DNA from: Candidatus Amphirhobacter sp.
GTDB lineage: Bacteria; Pseudomonadota; Gammaproteobacteria; Tethybacterales; Tethybacteraceae
Length of the DNA stretch: 64,000 nucleotides
Direction of reading: 5' to 3'
NCBI GenBank assembly: GCA_965222035.1
Contig: OZ244940.1
Coordinates: 1,287,134 to 1,351,133, forward strand
Both the position numbers and the translations under genes were made by a program. Positions 60,658 through 64,000 of the stretch are shown here, piece after piece. How positions within the stretch are numbered: position 1 is the first letter of the stretch; the number at the start of each line of letters is the position of its first letter. The notes below the pieces were generated by a model that ran no database searches, was not told the DNA's origin, and saw only the letters and a program-made list of their open reading frames with translations.

Positions 60658-63228
60658 ATGCCATCGACGCTGGTCATCGCCGAGAAGCCCTCGGTGGCCC
60701 AGGACATCGCCCGCGCCCTGGGCGTACCGCGGGCGGACAACGGCAATTATTTTGAGAACGACGACCATCTGATCACCTCGGCCATCGGCCACCTGATCGA
60801 GATCTACGACCCGGCGACGGAGACCGAGGACCACAAGAAAGTCAAGGGCGTCAAGCGCTGGTCCTTCGAATCCCTGCCGATGCTGCCGCCGCGCTTCGGC
60901 CTGCGGCCGTCCAAGGACGCCGCCGAGCGCGTCCGCCTGATCAAGAAGCTGGCGCGGCGGGCGGACGAGGTCGTCAACGCCTGCGACGCTGGCCGCGAGG
61001 GCGAGCTGATCTTCCACTACCTCGCCGCCTATCTCGGCCTCAATCAGCCGGTCCATCGCCTGTGGCTGCAGTCGATGACCCAGGCCTCGATCCGGGACGC
61101 CTTCAAGTCCCTGCGCGCGAGCGACGAGCTCACCAGCCTGCGCGCGGCGGCGATCGCGCGCAGCGAGGCCGACTGGCTGGTCGGCATCAACGCCACCCAG
61201 GCCCTGACGGCGCTCAACAGCAAGGACAGCGGCGGCTTCAACCTGACCAACGCCGGGCGGGTGCAGACCCCGACGCTGGCGCTGCTGGTCGAGCGCGAGC
61301 TGCGGCGCCTGGCGCATGTGCCCGAGCCGTACTGGCTGCACGACGCGACCTTCGCGGTCGCTGGCGGCGAGTACCAGGGACGCTGGATGCTGGACCTCGG
61401 CGCCAAGGGCGGCGATCCGTTCGCGCGCAGCAAGGAGTGGCAGCAGCGCATCAAGGACGAAAAGCAGGCCCAGCGCTGCGAGCGGCTGTTCGCAGGCGCA
61501 GGCGTGGAAGGCGAGGTCAGCGAGACGAGCAAGGAGCGCCGCGTCGGCGCGCCCAAGCTGTTCGACCTCAACAGCCTGCAGCGCGAGGCCAACGCCTTGT
61601 TCTCGCTGCCGGCGCGGGCGACGCTGCGCGCGGCCCAGTCCCTGTACGAGCGCCACAAGCTGCTCACCTATCCGCGTACTGAATCGCGCTACCTGCCGCA
61701 GGACTACGCCGAGGTCTGCGCCGGCGTCCTCGACGACCTCGCGGCTGGCGGCGGCCCCGAGGGCATCTTGCGCCAGGCGGCGGCGGACGCGCGCAAGCGC
61801 CTCGATCCGACGAGCAAGGGCATCTTCGACGACAGCAAGGTCACCGACCACTTCGCCATCATTCCGACCGACAAGCTGCCGGACAAGCCGCTGCCGGAGC
61901 CCGAGGCCAAGGTCTACGAGCTGGTGCTGCGGCGCTTCGTCGCCGCTTTCCTGCCGCCGGCGGTGCTGCAAGAGACGACCCGGGCGACGGTGGTCGACAG
62001 CCAGGTCTATGTGACGCGCGGCAGCGTCATCGTCACGCCCGGCTGGTATGCGGCCGCGCGCAGCGCCAAGGAGGACCGCGTGCTGCCGCCGCTCAAGGAG
62101 GGCGAGCGCGCCCGCGCCGTCGCCGCCGAGCTGCAGGCCAAGGAGACCACGCCGCCGGGTCGCTACGACGACGCCAGCCTGCTGGGCGCCATGCAGGGCG
62201 CCGACAAGCTGGTCGAGGATTCGGACATCGCCAACGTCCTCAGCGAGACCGGGGGCCTGGGGACGCCGGCGACGCGGGCGGGCATCATCGAGCACTTGAT
62301 TGCCAACGACTACGTGGTGCGCAACGAAAAGGAGCTGGTGCCGACGCGCAAGGCTTTCTCGCTGCTGGAGATCCTGCGCGGCATGGAGATCCTCGAATTG
62401 GTCCAGCCCAACCTGACCGGCGAGTGGGAGCGCCGCCTGCGCCGCATCGAGGAGGGCGACGAGCAAGTCGAGCCGTTCCTCGACGACATCCGCGGGCTCG
62501 CGACGCGCATCTGCACGGTCGCGAAGACCTACGATCCGGACGCGACCCCCGGCGACTACGCCACCCTCAAGCAGCCGTGCCCGAAGTGCAAGGGCGTCAT
62601 CCGCGAGCAGTACCGCCGCTACCGCTGCGTCAAGTGCAAGGAGTTTCACATCTGGAAGACCATCGGCGGCCGCGTGCTGTCGCCGGCCGAGGCCGATGTC
62701 CTGCTCGAGCAGGGCCGGGTCGGGCCGTTCGAGGACTTCATCAGCCGCCGCGGCTTTCCGTTCGCGGCCACCATCGAGCTGCTCGAGAGCGGCAAGGCCA
62801 ACCTGCTGTTCGCTTCCGATCTCGAGGACGAGCAGGATCCGGCGACGCTGCGCAAGCTCACCGCCTGTCCCAAGGATGGCTGCGACGGCGAGGTGCTCGT
62901 CGCGGCCAGCAGCTTCCGCTGCTCGAAGTCCTTCAACGGCGGCGACTGCGACTTCAAGCTCGGGCGGACGATCTGCCGCAGGGAGCTCGCGACCGACGAG
63001 GTCCGGCCGCTGTTCGAGCGCCGCCGCAGCGATCTGCTCGAAGGCTTTCTGTCCAAGCGCAGCAAGAAGCCCTTCAAGGCCTACCTGCTGCTGGATGACA
63101 AAGGCAAGCTGGCCTTTGAGTTCGAGAAGTCGGAGAAGAAGCCGGCAGCGAAGAAGAAAGCAGCGAAGAAAAAGAAAACCGCCGCGAAGAAGAAACCGGC
63201 GGCGCGCAAGCAGGCTACCGCGGCCTGA
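60658..63228 (+). CDS. topB: DNA topoisomerase III (type IA) with C-terminal zinc ribbons and a lysine-rich tail
   Basis: It starts MPSTLVIAEKPSVAQDIARALG with the Toprim motif ...TSAIGHLIEI. The active-site region reads ...YPRTESRYL. C4-type ribbons are present (CPKCKG...CVKCK and CPKDGCDG...CSKSF). The tail is KKPAAKKKAAKKKKTAAKKKPAARKQ. A GATAAT/TAATAT -10 box lies 9 nt before the ATG. Confidence 0.9.
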   Translation: MPSTLVIAEKPSVAQDIARALGVPRADNGNYFENDDHLITSAIGHLIEIYDPATETEDHKKVKGVKRWSFESLPMLPPRFGLRPSKDAAERVRLIKKLARRADEVVNACDAGREGELIFHYLAAYLGLNQPVHRLWLQSMTQASIRDAFKSLRASDELTSLRAAAIARSEADWLVGINATQALTALNSKDSGGFNLTNAGRVQTPTLALLVERELRRLAHVPEPYWLHDATFAVAGGEYQGRWMLDLGAKGGDPFARSKEWQQRIKDEKQAQRCERLFAGAGVEGEVSETSKERRVGAPKLFDLNSLQREANALFSLPARATLRAAQSLYERHKLLTYPRTESRYLPQDYAEVCAGVLDDLAAGGGPEGILRQAAADARKRLDPTSKGIFDDSKVTDHFAIIPTDKLPDKPLPEPEAKVYELVLRRFVAAFLPPAVLQETTRATVVDSQVYVTRGSVIVTPGWYAAARSAKEDRVLPPLKEGERARAVAAELQAKETTPPGRYDDASLLGAMQGADKLVEDSDIANVLSETGGLGTPATRAGIIEHLIANDYVVRNEKELVPTRKAFSLLEILRGMEILELVQPNLTGEWERRLRRIEEGDEQVEPFLDDIRGLATRICTVAKTYDPDATPGDYATLKQPCPKCKGVIREQYRRYRCVKCKEFHIWKTIGGRVLSPAEADVLLEQGRVGPFEDFISRRGFPFAATIELLESGKANLLFASDLEDEQDPATLRKLTACPKDGCDGEVLVAASSFRCSKSFNGGDCDFKLGRTICRRELATDEVRPLFERRRSDLLEGFLSKRSKKPFKAYLLLDDKGKLAFEFEKSEKKPAAKKKAAKKKKTAAKKKPAARKQATAA

Positions 63229-64000
63229 GCCGTCCTTTGAAGGCGGCGAGCTCCCACCAGAACTGCTGATAGTTGTCAATGTCGCCGTGCCAGGAGCCGG
63301 GCACGGTCACCACATCCACCGCCGCCGAACCCTGCCACTGCGCGAGCAGCCGGTCGGTGCTCGCATGCGGGACGACGACGTCGAACTGCGCCTTGAGCAC
63401 CAGCGTCGGGATTGCGATGTCCTTGGTGTAGGGCACGGTGTCGAACGGATGCCGCAGCATGCGCTTGACCGGATACATCCAGTACAGCCGCGCGGCGATC
63501 TCCGCGATGCTGTCATAGGGCGTGATCAGCGCCAGGCCGGCGACGTCGCGCTGCGAGGCGATCAAGGCGGCGGGATTGGTCCCGAGGCTGCGCCCGACCA
63601 CGAGCCAGTCTTCCGCGGGGATGCCGCTGGCGGCGACGGCATGGTCGAAGGTGGCGAGGGCGTCGGCGCGGATGGCCTGCTCGCTGGGATCGCCGTCGCT
63701 GGTCCCGAAGCCGCGGTAGTTGAAGCCAGCGGCAGTCAGCTCCAGGCCCGCGCGCAAATCGAGCAGGGCGCCGGAGATCTCCTGGGCGTTGCCGCCGAGG
63801 AAGAACACGCCGCGCTCTGACTCCGGCTGCGGCAACAGCCAGCCGCCGAGCTCGACGCCGTCATCGGTCTGCATGCGCATCTCGTAGCTTTCGAGTTCCT
63901 GCTGCCGCGCGAACTGCAGCGGCTGCGGATGGAAGATGAAGCTGTCCTGCCGCAGCCACAGGAACAGCAGCCCGAAGACCCAGAACGCCAGGCCGGCGAG
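63215..64000 (-). CDS. Alpha/beta hydrolase fold protein (partial; the N-terminus lies beyond the window end)
   Basis: It has the GXSXG nucleophile elbow (VVGRSLG) and a downstream His (GSWHGD). The frame stays open upstream of the listed Met to the window edge, with a hydrophobic segment (AGLAFWVFGLLFLWL). The 3' end overlaps the topB stop by 14 bp, convergent. Confidence 0.6.
   Translation of the reverse strand, partial: LAGLAFWVFGLLFLWLRQDSFIFHPQPLQFARQQELESYEMRMQTDDGVELGGWLLPQPESERGVFFLGGNAQEISGALLDLRAGLELTAAGFNYRGFGTSDGDPSEQAIRADALATFDHAVAASGIPAEDWLVVGRSLGTNPAALIASQRDVAGLALITPYDSIAEIAARLYWMYPVKRMLRHPFDTVPYTKDIAIPTLVLKAQFDVVVPHASTDRLLAQWQGSAAVDVVTVPGSWHGDIDNYQQFWWELAAFKGRLRPR

Overview
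This is a high-GC (~70%) bacterial chromosomal window containing the replication-origin gene cluster and, further along, a large accessory region of surface-protein genes.

Origin-proximal genes:
- mnmA (partial, minus strand), a 5-formyltetrahydrofolate cyclo-ligase-like gene, dnaA, a ~1.2 kb low-GC non-coding gap that is the likely oriC, dnaN and gyrB.

Middle of the window:
- A low-GC island with an FRG-domain/TPR protein and two tandem paralogous ~200-aa unknowns.
- An MFS transporter.
- A sugar ABC-transporter operon (ATPase, solute-binding protein, two permeases) coupled to a GH32 beta-fructofuranosidase.
- A second low-GC island encoding an AlbA_2/HATPase_c_4 (Schlafen-like) protein.

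The striking part is 19.5-58.5 kb:
- Five paralogous genes encode surface proteins of 595 to 7241 aa.
- Each has a signal peptide, then 1 to ~46 copies of a ~140-aa domain with two conserved cysteines and many N-x-S/T sequons.
- Each ends in a conserved ~430-aa C-terminal region that looks like an autotransporter beta-barrel.
- The 7241-aa gene contains ~22 near-identical ~827-bp tandem DNA repeats.
- Four of the five genes carry a poly-G tract (G9-G10; one also has A9) between the start codon and the signal peptide.
- Two recently duplicated copies differ only by G9 versus G10, which puts the upstream ATG and signal peptide out of frame in one and in frame in the other. This reads as a slipped-strand phase-variation switch.
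- Almost all genes in the family, and many others here, have a TAAAAT-like -10 box 6-10 nt upstream of the ATG, suggesting leaderless transcripts.

Flanking the family:
- Two paralogous AAA+ ATPases lie convergent to the family genes, each behind a conserved hairpin terminator.
- Two paralogous small lipoproteins follow.
- A mosaic junction carries a decayed duplicate of a downstream gene start fused to a remnant of a family-gene 3' end.
- A DUF2723/TMEM260-like GT-C membrane protein sits next to the cluster and is a candidate glycosyltransferase for the repeat domains.

The window ends with topoisomerase III and a partial alpha/beta hydrolase.
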